From Escherichia phage HMD-P3, in the sequence record PQ462667.1: a stretch of DNA of 64,000 bases, one strand, 5' to 3'. Both the position numbers and the translations under genes were made by a program. Position 1 is the first letter of the stretch. The number at the start of each line of letters is the position of its first letter. Under the pieces are notes generated by a model. It was not told the origin of the DNA. It searched no databases and was given only the letters and a program-made list of their open reading frames with translations. Positions 15,082-24,380 of the stretch are shown piece after piece.

Positions 15082-17517
15082 TTAAATAGTACAACCACCG
15101 GATGCACAACCGGCTGCTTCTTCTCCAGCACCTCCACCATTTGCGGTATTGAAGTTAGCATAATACCAAGTTTTCCACCCATACTTAACAGCAGTCATGA
15201 AATCACGAACTACTACTGGGCCAGGAATGATTTCATTCTCAAACTTGGTGTAGTCATAGTACATATTCGTACTGATAGACTGACTGAAGAATTTCTGCAT
15301 AGTTGCTACCCATTTGATCCACTCGATACGATCTACATCATAAGCCAGTTTATAGCTCATTAACGTTTCCCAATCGGTTGCGCCTGGAGCAATTGCAATT
15401 ACTTTATTTACTGCACTACCTTTAATAGATACAATCTTACGGGGTGGTTCGATAGAGTTAGTAACACCTAACAGAACAGAAGAACTTTCCCCTGGCATCT
15501 GAGCAGTCAGAACAGAGTTACGCATACCATATTTCAGAATATCTGCACGCAGAGACTCCCAATCCATTTCTAGACCTACGGATACCAGTTCATCAACAGT
15601 TTTCTTGTACGTGTCGATTACCAGAATTCCTTTAGATGGTTTAGTACGATCAAACCACTCACATGCACCCTGTTCTTTAGCTAGGCGTACAGAGGCTTTA
15701 TGCAGGAAGTAAGACAGTTTTTCAGCTTCACGGTGAATCCAGTTACGGGCTTCAATACCTTCATAAGCCAGACCTTCTGCCGCCATTGCACCTGCTGCGT
15801 TCATCAGGCCAATACCAACATTACGACGTTTCTTAGCCGTATATTCCATAGTTGGGAACGGATAATCCTGAATTTCAATAATTGTATCAACGAATTTCAG
15901 GAGGATGTAGCAAGTTTTTTCCCACTCAGCCAAAGATTCCATGCGCCCAAGTACAACACCACCTAAGTTACACAGAGATACTTCACCAATATCCTCCGGC
16001 TTCATTTGATCAAGCTGCTCTTTTGTCTTGTACAGCTCTGTAATGTGATGGAACGGGCGTGTAGGCTGAGTAATTTCAACACAAAGGTTTGTCATACGGA
16101 TCGGATCAAGGAAGTTACCGTGACGATTAGATTCCCCGATGTGATGAGCATACATACGTCCTGTTTCCATTCGGATACGTAGCCAAGTATCTAGGATTTC
16201 TTTTGCAGAGACTTTAGGAGCTGCTGGAACTGTTTTTCCTTCGTGGTCGATCTTTGTAAGAGATGCCACACGTTTCTCCGCTGCCACGTAGATTTCTTCA
16301 AATTTAGCCTCGTCATCACTATAAAACGCTTCATGAACTTCTGGAGCATAGAAGTATGACATTAGCGTAATATCTTCGTTTTTCAGATAACGTTTTAACA
16401 AAAGATTGTTGAAGCTCAGAGAGTAATCCATCTTATCGATTTTATTCTCATCTGTAGCACGTTGTTGCTTAACCTGCATCAATTGAATGATTTCAGGGTC
16501 GAAGTATGGATAAGACACTGTAGCAGAACCACCACGAGTTTGCTGAGTATTGGCCTTTACTGAGCGGTCAATGTGTCGATAATATGGCAGTTTTCCGGAA
16601 TGCGGGAATGCCCCATTTCGCACCGGATCAGCAATTGATCGGCTTTCAAGATGATACCCGATTCCCGCTCTGGCTGCGACCATTTTGAAGACGATGTGCT
16701 CGGCGGTGTCGATTGAATCCAACGTGTCAGTGGAATCCACGAGGCAGCAACTAGCAAATCCACGGTCACTAGAGCGCAGACCAACCAGTGGCGGCGTAGG
16801 AACGTTAATTTTGTGGAGCGACATTGCGTTGTAGAGGTCGATTGCATCTAGAATTGTCCAGTTAGGTTGAGATAGCATCGCCATTGCCATACCCATGTAG
16901 GCAAACTGCGGAGTTTCATAAATTTCACCAGTGGCTATGTTACGGCGGGAATACTTATCAAAGAACTGCTTCAGCCCACCACTAGTAAAAAGACGGTCAC
17001 GATCATGGTCGATAACCTGATTCAGAGCTTCAAATTGCTCATCGGTAATCCATGCACTCATGTCTTCCCATGCACCTACGCTAACCATATGGTCATGGAA
17101 GAAACGCAGAGAAGGCGGTTCGAAGGAATCATAAAGGCGTTTACGCATTTGCGCAAGACGTAATTCCTTTGCTGGCACATCATATGCTGGATTATCTTTG
17201 ATAAGACTTTCAGCAGCTTTAATTAATGCATCCATCAGAGTGTCGGAATCTACAACCCCTTTAGGCAGAGTTTTTTGAGCAGCCATAGTAATGGCTGACC
17301 AACTTACATCAACTGTTTTGCAACCATACTCTGCCCAACCATTGATTTTTTCAGGAGCAAAGTCTTCTACAGTACCGTCACGTTTAATTACTTTTTCAAT
17401 GCGATGGCTCATTTGGCTTTCCTTTTTATAGTTATCAGGATTTAAGGAATATTCTACTTTATTATCGGTCATTAGGCAAATAAAATTTTCTGATAGAAAA
17501 GGCCCGAGTATTTTCAT
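15082..17517 (-). CDS. nrdA: ribonucleotide reductase class Ia, large (alpha) subunit
   Basis: 811 aa; N-terminal ATP-cone-like region (VIKRDGTVEDFAPEKI), C-terminal redox Cys pair (CASGGCTI). Confidence 0.9.
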   Translation of the reverse strand: MKILGPFLSENFICLMTDNKVEYSLNPDNYKKESQMSHRIEKVIKRDGTVEDFAPEKINGWAEYGCKTVDVSWSAITMAAQKTLPKGVVDSDTLMDALIKAAESLIKDNPAYDVPAKELRLAQMRKRLYDSFEPPSLRFFHDHMVSVGAWEDMSAWITDEQFEALNQVIDHDRDRLFTSGGLKQFFDKYSRRNIATGEIYETPQFAYMGMAMAMLSQPNWTILDAIDLYNAMSLHKINVPTPPLVGLRSSDRGFASCCLVDSTDTLDSIDTAEHIVFKMVAARAGIGYHLESRSIADPVRNGAFPHSGKLPYYRHIDRSVKANTQQTRGGSATVSYPYFDPEIIQLMQVKQQRATDENKIDKMDYSLSFNNLLLKRYLKNEDITLMSYFYAPEVHEAFYSDDEAKFEEIYVAAEKRVASLTKIDHEGKTVPAAPKVSAKEILDTWLRIRMETGRMYAHHIGESNRHGNFLDPIRMTNLCVEITQPTRPFHHITELYKTKEQLDQMKPEDIGEVSLCNLGGVVLGRMESLAEWEKTCYILLKFVDTIIEIQDYPFPTMEYTAKKRRNVGIGLMNAAGAMAAEGLAYEGIEARNWIHREAEKLSYFLHKASVRLAKEQGACEWFDRTKPSKGILVIDTYKKTVDELVSVGLEMDWESLRADILKYGMRNSVLTAQMPGESSSVLLGVTNSIEPPRKIVSIKGSAVNKVIAIAPGATDWETLMSYKLAYDVDRIEWIKWVATMQKFFSQSISTNMYYDYTKFENEIIPGPVVVRDFMTAVKYGWKTWYYANFNTANGGGAGEEAAGCASGGCTI

Positions 17518-17562
17518 ACCCAGGCCCTATATATTACCAGTCTAGCTTTTTAGCTTATTCAA

Positions 17563-17778
17563 TTACTTTAGCTCTCTAGCTACTTCTTTTAATAGAATAT
17601 CTATGGAGGTGCTCAGCTCGTTATAATTGAATGGTTTATTTGGATTTGAGGTTACAATTTTCCACGCTAGGGTTGTCTTAGGACTTTCTTCCCCTTCCTT
17701 ACGTGTAATCATATTAGCAGCACTCAGTGAAGTACGATGTATTTTAGTTTTACGGCTCAGATGAACGACGTTTCCCAT
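17563..17778 (-). CDS. hypothetical protein (about 71 aa from the internal ATG)
   Basis: Track ORF 17563-17847 overlaps the phoH 3' end; an in-frame ATG in a TAATATG arrangement with RBS GGGGAAGG gives a coupled start. Confidence 0.35.
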   Translation of the reverse strand: MGNVVHLSRKTKIHRTSLSAANMITRKEGEESPKTTLAWKIVTSNPNKPFNYNELSTSIDILLKEVARELK

Positions 17779-17779
17779 A

Positions 17780-18541
17780 TTACACCTTCCCCATGTCTTT
17801 AAAAATATCATAGAATGCTTTAGACTCAACAGAACGAACGTTATCAATCAATTCGATCATTGAGAATGGGGCATTTTCGTATTTCTCATAGACTTCCATA
17901 AGGAGCGCTAGACCTGAGTCACCTTTAATGTCTTTCTGAGCTATATCTCCGCAGATAATTAAACGGCAGTCTTGCCCTACACGAGTTAGGAGACAAATCA
18001 TTGCCTCAACGGAAATATTCTGAGCTTCATCGACAATTACATAGGAGTTGTTGAAAGTTCTGCCACGAGCATGTTCGATAGCCAAAAATTTAATTTTCTG
18101 ACGTTCGACATATCCTTTATATGCATGATCGCCGATGGCCCATTTCATACCATCAGCTATTGGCTCCAACCAAGGCTCTAGCTTTTCCGCTAGATCACCA
18201 GGAAGCATACCAAGAGACTTACCTAGAGGTTCATTAGGACGTACGAGGATCACTTGCTCAATATCTGAGTGAATGTCTACGAGTTCCTGAGCTGCAAGAA
18301 CGGACGGAATAAAGGTTTTACCAGTACCTGGCTCACCTATACCTACAGTCACTGTGTTGTTCTTGATCATATTGATATATGATTTTTGCTCGCGGTTTTT
18401 ACCTACTAGGGATTTAGCAACTGGGTTAGCGTAATCAGTAGAAAAATCAGCCTGAATTACGTTATTCTCATATTTGTTGCCACGCTTTCTTGAACCATTG
18501 CGGTTCTCTCTTTTTTGACGTGCTTTTCCCATAAATAACAC
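17780..18541 (-). CDS. phoH: PhoH-like ATPase
   Basis: Walker A GEPGTGKTF and Walker B-like VIVDEAQN; track start is GTG. Confidence 0.85.
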   Translation of the reverse strand: MLFMGKARQKRENRNGSRKRGNKYENNVIQADFSTDYANPVAKSLVGKNREQKSYINMIKNNTVTVGIGEPGTGKTFIPSVLAAQELVDIHSDIEQVILVRPNEPLGKSLGMLPGDLAEKLEPWLEPIADGMKWAIGDHAYKGYVERQKIKFLAIEHARGRTFNNSYVIVDEAQNISVEAMICLLTRVGQDCRLIICGDIAQKDIKGDSGLALLMEVYEKYENAPFSMIELIDNVRSVESKAFYDIFKDMGKV

Positions 18542-18826
18542 TCCTATAGTGTACTTCGCTAACAGAGGATCAACAAAAAGATCTTGTTTATCAACTTACA
18601 AATATATTATACCAATATATACAGTAAAAAGCAACTACAATTTTAAATAAGCCTATGATATTGCATTTAAATAAAAAATTTGCTTGCTTTTAACGTGAGA
18701 TGTGTGATACTAGATAATCATTTTATATCGCGTGCACGAGTGCGTGATTATACAATTTTTAATAGAGATTGGCAAATAAAATTTTTTGACTCAGATCATG
18801 TTACAGAACTTTATAGTAAAATATTG

Positions 18827-18855
18827 TTGACATCCGCCCTCGAATGAGTTATAAT
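18827..18855 (+). promoter_or_regulatory. consensus sigma70 promoter (TTGACA-17-TATAAT) for nrdD
   Basis: TTGACAtccgccctcgaatgagtTATAAT, then RBS GAAGGAGAG and ATG at 18885; lies in a divergent promoter region with further candidate -10 elements. Confidence 0.65.
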
Positions 18856-18884
18856 AGTAGTCTTAGTTAGAGAAGGAGAGTATA

Positions 18885-20759
18885 ATGAATCGCAATGAAG
18901 AACTAAAGTATAAAGAAATGCAGGCGTTAATTAGAAACTGCAAAGAGATTATCGAAGGGTCAGCAGATGAAGAGCTGCTGTTTAATAATGCTAATAAACC
19001 CTCAGAACGTTTCCCTACACAAAGGGATATGCTTGCAGGTGAATTGAGTAAGTATCTGATTCTAGAAGAAATGCCAATTCAGATTCGAAATGCTCATATG
19101 ATTGGGGATATTCATTTCCATGATGCTGATTATGCTGCATTAGGCATGACTAACTGTTGTCTGGTAGCTCTGGAAGATATGCTGAAGAATGGTATGAAGG
19201 TTGGTAATGCTGAAATTAGCACTCCAAACTCTATCACTACTGCGGCGGCTATTACTGCTCAGATTATCACTCAGGTTAGCTCTCATCAGTATGGTGGTAC
19301 TTCTGTAGATCGCCTTGATGAAGTATTAGCCCCTTATGTTCGTAAATCCTATGACAAAAATCATGCGTTTGCAAAACGTTGGACTAAGGATGAAGCCAAA
19401 GCATCAGTAATGGCTACGGAGATGACTGAAAAGGAAGTCTATGATGCCTGTCAGGGTCTAGAGTATGAAATCAATACGATGTTCAACTCTAACGGTCAGA
19501 GTCCATTTATTACCTTTGGTTTTGGTCTAGGAACTTCTTGGGAAGCACGTCTAGTACAGAAAGCAATACTGAAAGTACGCATGGATGGTTTAGGTATCAA
19601 TAAACGTACAGCTATCTTCCCGAAACTGGTATTTGTACTTCGTGATGGAGTAAATATGAAACCAGGAGATGTTAATTATGACATCAAGAAGTTAGCTATG
19701 AAATGTACTGCTGAACGTATGTATCCAGACTATATCAGCTATGATAAGGTTGTGGAAGTTACTGGGGACTACAAAGTTTCTATGGGTTGTCGTTCATTCC
19801 TAGCTGCTACAGAAGATGGTGAAACTGCCGGTCGTAATAACTTAGGTGTTGTTTCTGTAAACTTGCCTAGAATTGCTATCGAAGCTGAAGGAAATATTGA
19901 CCTATTCTTTGATTTGCTTGAGCTACGTGTAGATACAGCGTTAAAAGCGTTGGAGTGGAGAGTTGATCGCTTAAAATACATTCAAGCTAAAGCTGCACCC
20001 ATCCTGTATATGTCAGGAGCCTTTGGACTGCGCTTGGAGCCTGATGAATATGTATTCGATCATTTCTATAACCGTGCTTCTGTATCTCTAGGGTATATTG
20101 GTTGCCATGAAATGCTACAGTTTATGTTTGGCAAAGATGTAGACACAATGTCCGAGACCTGCATCAAGTTTGTTCAGCGTGTATTGCAGTACATGCGGGA
20201 TAGAGTCGATCAGAAGAAGGAAGAAACTAAATTAGGTTATAGCCTGTATGCTACACCATCAGAATCCCTATGTGACCGTTTTTGTCGTCTAGACCGTGAA
20301 TATTTCCCAGAGCATGAAGATATTCTGTCCAAAGGATACTACACTAACTCGCACCACCTTGATGTAGAACGTAAAGTTGCTCCCAATGTGAAATTTGATT
20401 ATGAATCTAACTTTACTCCGATTGCTTCTGGTGGGTGCATTTCCTATGTAGAACTACCGGATATGAAACGATTCCCAGATGCACTGGAATGGGTTATTAA
20501 TTATGCTGCTAGTAAGGTTCATTACTTCGGTATTAATACCCCAGTGGATTCTTGTGGTAAATGTGGATTCTTAGGTGAAACAATAGCATCCGAAGATGGA
20601 TTTAAGTGCCCTATCTGTGGTAATCATGACCCCGAAACTCTTGAAGTAACTCGTCGAGTTTGTGGGTATCTTGGAAATCCGGGTGCTCGTCCATTTAACC
20701 CCGGCAAACAGCACGAGGTGATGGGCAGAGTGAAGCATCAGGATATTCGAGCTAAGTAA
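18885..20759 (+). CDS. nrdD: anaerobic ribonucleoside-triphosphate reductase (class III)
   Basis: C-terminal glycyl-radical motif TRRVCGYLG; C-terminal Zn-ribbon Cys pairs (CGKC...CPIC); 624 aa. Confidence 0.9.
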   Translation: MNRNEELKYKEMQALIRNCKEIIEGSADEELLFNNANKPSERFPTQRDMLAGELSKYLILEEMPIQIRNAHMIGDIHFHDADYAALGMTNCCLVALEDMLKNGMKVGNAEISTPNSITTAAAITAQIITQVSSHQYGGTSVDRLDEVLAPYVRKSYDKNHAFAKRWTKDEAKASVMATEMTEKEVYDACQGLEYEINTMFNSNGQSPFITFGFGLGTSWEARLVQKAILKVRMDGLGINKRTAIFPKLVFVLRDGVNMKPGDVNYDIKKLAMKCTAERMYPDYISYDKVVEVTGDYKVSMGCRSFLAATEDGETAGRNNLGVVSVNLPRIAIEAEGNIDLFFDLLELRVDTALKALEWRVDRLKYIQAKAAPILYMSGAFGLRLEPDEYVFDHFYNRASVSLGYIGCHEMLQFMFGKDVDTMSETCIKFVQRVLQYMRDRVDQKKEETKLGYSLYATPSESLCDRFCRLDREYFPEHEDILSKGYYTNSHHLDVERKVAPNVKFDYESNFTPIASGGCISYVELPDMKRFPDALEWVINYAASKVHYFGINTPVDSCGKCGFLGETIASEDGFKCPICGNHDPETLEVTRRVCGYLGNPGARPFNPGKQHEVMGRVKHQDIRAK

Positions 20760-20794
20760 GCTAATCAGCCGGGTTGCTAGTCGACCTGGCTTTT

Positions 20795-20858
20795 ATTTTA
20801 TTTGCTTTCAGCCAAAAATTTATATATAATAGATTTATAAATTTGAGAGGAGAAAGAT
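20795..20858 (+). promoter_or_regulatory. T5-type early promoter
   Basis: tttatttgctttcagccaaaaatttatatataatagatttataaatttgagaggag, PN25-like. Confidence 0.6.
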
Positions 20859-21239
20859 ATGGAATTAAAGCCCTATATAGTTGAATCTACATGTGGTAGT
20901 TTCCATCTGGGTGTGGATAATATTGCTGAGGCTGTCTTTGCTGCTACAGGTGATTACTCGCATATAGAGGGTGTTGCATACCCTACCATTATTGGCGATT
21001 GGGTGGGAACAAATCTAGATGTATCGCCTTATAACCCATATTGCTTGTTTGATGAAGACAGAGATGAAGTAAAATGTAATCTTGAATTTGTGTATAATAG
21101 AGTGTTAAAAGTGTACCAACGTAGCCCCAATGGGTACGAAGATATTACTTGGAGTATTAAACAGTATCTTAAAGATATATACTCTAGTTTTTCTGACGAA
21201 GACCTAGAAACAGTTGCAGTGGAGTTTAATAATGACTAA
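20859..21239 (+). CDS. hypothetical protein (126 aa)
   Basis: First gene of the operon after the promoter; no CxxxCxxC, so not NrdG. Confidence 0.5.
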   Translation: MELKPYIVESTCGSFHLGVDNIAEAVFAATGDYSHIEGVAYPTIIGDWVGTNLDVSPYNPYCLFDEDRDEVKCNLEFVYNRVLKVYQRSPNGYEDITWSIKQYLKDIYSSFSDEDLETVAVEFNND

Positions 21240-21438
21240 GAATGTGAAACACCTTAAATATCGCTTAATTTACAACGGACGTATGGAAACAGAAGATCTG
21301 GCCCAGTTAGCTATTAATTCTAATGAGGTTACAGTACGCGCGCTGGCAATTGAAAAGTTGCGTGCCTCTTATGAAAATCGTGTTATGGAACTAGAGGAGA
21401 AACTTTATGGCATTCTCGAAGCCGATGCTACCAGATAA
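21214..21438 (+). CDS. hypothetical protein (74 aa)
   Basis: Overlapping start/stop with neighbours. Confidence 0.4.
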   Translation: MQWSLIMTKNVKHLKYRLIYNGRMETEDLAQLAINSNEVTVRALAIEKLRASYENRVMELEEKLYGILEADATR

Positions 21439-21628
21439 GGGTTTAAACGCCGCTTTGGAAAACGCATTAATGCAGCGCTGGGAAACTGGCTATAAGGATG
21501 GTGTTGAATCCTGCGCTACTATGCTAGAAGTTATTGCTAATACCTTAATGGAGAAAGGCAATAAAGAATTAGCTGAGCTATTAGACAGTATTGGGCAAAA
21601 CTTCAGAGAACAGGTGAAAAATGCGTAG
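21407..21628 (+). CDS. hypothetical protein (73 aa)
   Basis: Overlapping start/stop with neighbours. Confidence 0.4.
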   Translation: MAFSKPMLPDKGLNAALENALMQRWETGYKDGVESCATMLEVIANTLMEKGNKELAELLDSIGQNFREQVKNA

Positions 21629-22436
21629 ATTAATTATTATTAGTGGTGCAGGTTTGAGTGTTGAAAGTGGTGTACGAGCTTTTCGTACTGATACTGCTAG
21701 CGGTAAAGCATTGTGGGATGATTATGATCTAGAAGAAGTATGTAATATTCATGCCTTTCGCGGTAATTTTTATCATAAAACCCATATGTTTTACAACAAG
21801 CGTCGTGAAGAACTAAAAACTGTTGAACCCAATCTTGCGCATTTGCGTATTGGTGAATGGTATAAACAATATCCAGGTCAAATAGTAAACTTGACTACCA
21901 ATGTTGATGACCTTATTGAGCGTGCTGGCGTTCCACATAGTGACATTCTGCACATTCACGGATATTTAAAAGAGGTTGTTGTAGCTGATAACTACAATAG
22001 TAGCAATAAACGGATTATTGATGTAGGATACAATTCTATTGATCCAGATGATTATAAATGGGTTAAACCTAATGTAATCTTCTTTGGAGAGCATGCTCCA
22101 GCATATGCGGAGATGTACAATGTTTTTGATGGTATTACCAGTCAAGATATGATCATTGTGGTTGGTTGCTCCAACCAAGTAATTAACTTCTACTGGGAAT
22201 TATTTCCTGTTCTTAATTTGACTGCTGCTAAGCTAATGGTTGTTAACTACTATGATAGTGCCCTAGCGGTGGAACCGGGCTATCAAGGTATGACTCGTAG
22301 TGAGATGTATCAACTGGAAGAACGTGGTATCCCTTACTGGAGTAAAGGTGCGGTAGATGCTTTCAGTGATCCTGATTTTATTGCTCGTGTAGAAGCTCAT
22401 TTAGGGGGTAGACCTTATGTATCAGGAACTAAGTAA
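21621..22436 (+). CDS. Sir2-family NAD-dependent deacylase/ADP-ribosyltransferase-like protein lacking the zinc ribbon
   Basis: Sirtuin motifs in order: GAGLSVESGVRAFR, TTNVDDLIERAG, HIHG, VIFFGE, IIVVGCSNQV; the CxxC...CxxC zinc motif is absent. Confidence 0.8.
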   Translation: MRRLIIISGAGLSVESGVRAFRTDTASGKALWDDYDLEEVCNIHAFRGNFYHKTHMFYNKRREELKTVEPNLAHLRIGEWYKQYPGQIVNLTTNVDDLIERAGVPHSDILHIHGYLKEVVVADNYNSSNKRIIDVGYNSIDPDDYKWVKPNVIFFGEHAPAYAEMYNVFDGITSQDMIIVVGCSNQVINFYWELFPVLNLTAAKLMVVNYYDSALAVEPGYQGMTRSEMYQLEERGIPYWSKGAVDAFSDPDFIARVEAHLGGRPYVSGTK

Positions 22437-22929
22437 TACTCCAATTATTTTTCTAGACATTGATGGGGTGCTCAATTCGAGCATCTCCCACCATCATGCA
22501 CCTGATAATGAAAAGATTTTCTTTGGAAGTGACTGGGTTTTCAAACCGCTTCTCAAGGCTTTTCAGGACTTTATTCGTCCTTCTCCAATAATGATTGTTG
22601 GAGTATCATCTTGGTTCTCTGTCAGAAATGAGATGGAGAACGTTCAGATTATGACCGGATTAGGTCTTATCGATCGCTTTCTTGGTACAACGGATTTTAC
22701 TGGTGGTGGATTATCTAGGGGTAATTCTGTTCTTCGTTTCGTCGAAAAGCATAAGCTCAAACATTGGTGTGTACTTGATGATGCGGGTGCTATGATGTAT
22801 CAGTATCCAACGGTTATAGTCAACGGTAGAACTGGGATAAATCTTCAAGATTTAAAAGCTGTTAGCTATATGCTAGAATTTAGCCCAGATCTTGAAATGT
22901 GTAAATCCTTACAACAATTTAAGGTGTAA
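22417..22929 (+). CDS. HAD-superfamily phosphatase-like protein
   Basis: HAD motif I FLDIDGVLN near the N-terminus and a late acidic motif WCVLDDAG. Confidence 0.5.
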   Translation: MYQELSNTPIIFLDIDGVLNSSISHHHAPDNEKIFFGSDWVFKPLLKAFQDFIRPSPIMIVGVSSWFSVRNEMENVQIMTGLGLIDRFLGTTDFTGGGLSRGNSVLRFVEKHKLKHWCVLDDAGAMMYQYPTVIVNGRTGINLQDLKAVSYMLEFSPDLEMCKSLQQFKV

Positions 22930-22931
22930 AT

Positions 22932-23360
22932 ATGTTCAATAATGTATTCTCTAAAGAAGCTAACCCAATTTTGGTTAACTTTTGGCGTACTCTCCCGGCT
23001 AGCCTGTATAATGAGGCTATTAACTCCTTGAAAATATGGTGTGAGAATAACGAAATCTCTTTTGCTTTTAAAGATGATGTTGATGAGGCCCCTTGTATTG
23101 GTTTAAGTGTGCAGGTAGAGGAGGGTCTTGAAGAGATTGTCGGCTGGAAAGAGTTAGATGAAATGGGCTTAGTTTTTGCGTTAAACTATAAGCTGTTTAT
23201 GCCTGCTAAGCATCGCCTCGTTGTTAACTATAAAACTAGTGAATCTCCTGGTTTTCAGGTTAATGAACGTTATGGTTGGTCTTACTCACCGGAAGAAGTA
23301 AATGAGGGGATTCAGAAACTTCGACGTTTCGGGTATATAATCCCAGGTTTAACTGCTTAA
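22932..23360 (+). CDS. hypothetical protein, paralog A of a tandem pair
   Basis: Shares ...SF-F...D-PCIG...W-EL...GL--ALN...F-P...W-Y-P...L-R-G...PGL with the next ORF. Confidence 0.5.
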   Translation: MFNNVFSKEANPILVNFWRTLPASLYNEAINSLKIWCENNEISFAFKDDVDEAPCIGLSVQVEEGLEEIVGWKELDEMGLVFALNYKLFMPAKHRLVVNYKTSESPGFQVNERYGWSYSPEEVNEGIQKLRRFGYIIPGLTA

Positions 23361-23369
23361 GGAGGCAGA

Positions 23370-23759
23370 ATGGAACAAGTATATTGGCGTCAGATTGACC
23401 CTAGTTTGGTGAAACGTGCGGAGAAGCTGCTACAACGTTGGTTGGGGGTAAGACAAGCCTCCTTTACTTTTCCGGAACAGCAAATAGATGACCCCTGCAT
23501 TGGTGTTTTCCTGTCTGGATATGCCGGGGAATGGGAATTGGATTGGAATGAATTGTCTGCTATGGGCTTGATTGTTGCCCTAAACTTCTCTATATTCCAT
23601 CCACGTGGTTTGGCCATATGTCGTGTGCCGGATGATGGTTGTTCGCCCCATCTTTTACAGGTGGAAGATGATATTTGGGAGTACACTCCAGATATTCTCA
23701 AAGAAGCTAAAGAACAATTAAACCGTGTTGGGATCTATGTTCCGGGGTTAAGTGACTAA
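23370..23759 (+). CDS. hypothetical protein, paralog B of a tandem pair
   Basis: Paralogous to 22932-23360 (conserved PCIG, MGL-ALN, VPGL motifs); hairpin plus T-run downstream. Confidence 0.5.
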   Translation: MEQVYWRQIDPSLVKRAEKLLQRWLGVRQASFTFPEQQIDDPCIGVFLSGYAGEWELDWNELSAMGLIVALNFSIFHPRGLAICRVPDDGCSPHLLQVEDDIWEYTPDILKEAKEQLNRVGIYVPGLSD

Positions 23760-24380
23760 TGATTTTTATTAGCTGAACTCTGATTACCGAGTCATTTTGG
23801 CTCGGTTTTCTCTATGCTCAAGGACACTGATAGCACCTTTGGGAAAATTTTACTTGCAGGATGCCCAAAATCTTGATATAATATTTATATTGAATTGAGA
23901 GACATTAGTAAAAATTGATTTTGCTAATTTTTCTTGTTTACAATCCGCGATACGGAACAGTTAGGCTGCCCCATTAAGGGTTGTTTTAACTGTTACGTGT
24001 TAGTTTTTAAACAAATAATTAATAGAATACTTAGCGATCTACATCCCGTAGGAACCCTGGTAAGGCCTCGAAGCAACCTAGTGTGAGGTGGTTGTGAAGT
24101 GAGACGGGAAGAGTGAAAAACTCTGAGAAGTGATGACGTAAGGTATACTGCATCTAGTATGAGCTAGTATATGAAGCATTAGGTGAGCAAATCTGGCTTA
24201 GCGGCCATCCTCAAGGATTTGTGCGGTATAGTGAAGCGGCAGTGTAGCGTGAAAGGGGAAGTTGCCACCCCCCTTCAGTATTTGCGATTAATTGTTGAGA
24301 AATTGACAGTAACAGTTGTTCTATTCTTTCTGAATAGTCCTAAAGAAAACTTATTTCATTTCCAACACAGGAGTATTGTT

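Noticed and set aside
14994-15182. 62-aa minus-strand ORF between nrdA and nrdB
   Set aside because: Spans the nrdA terminator hairpin and the nrdB promoter and overlaps the nrdA 3' end; no RBS.
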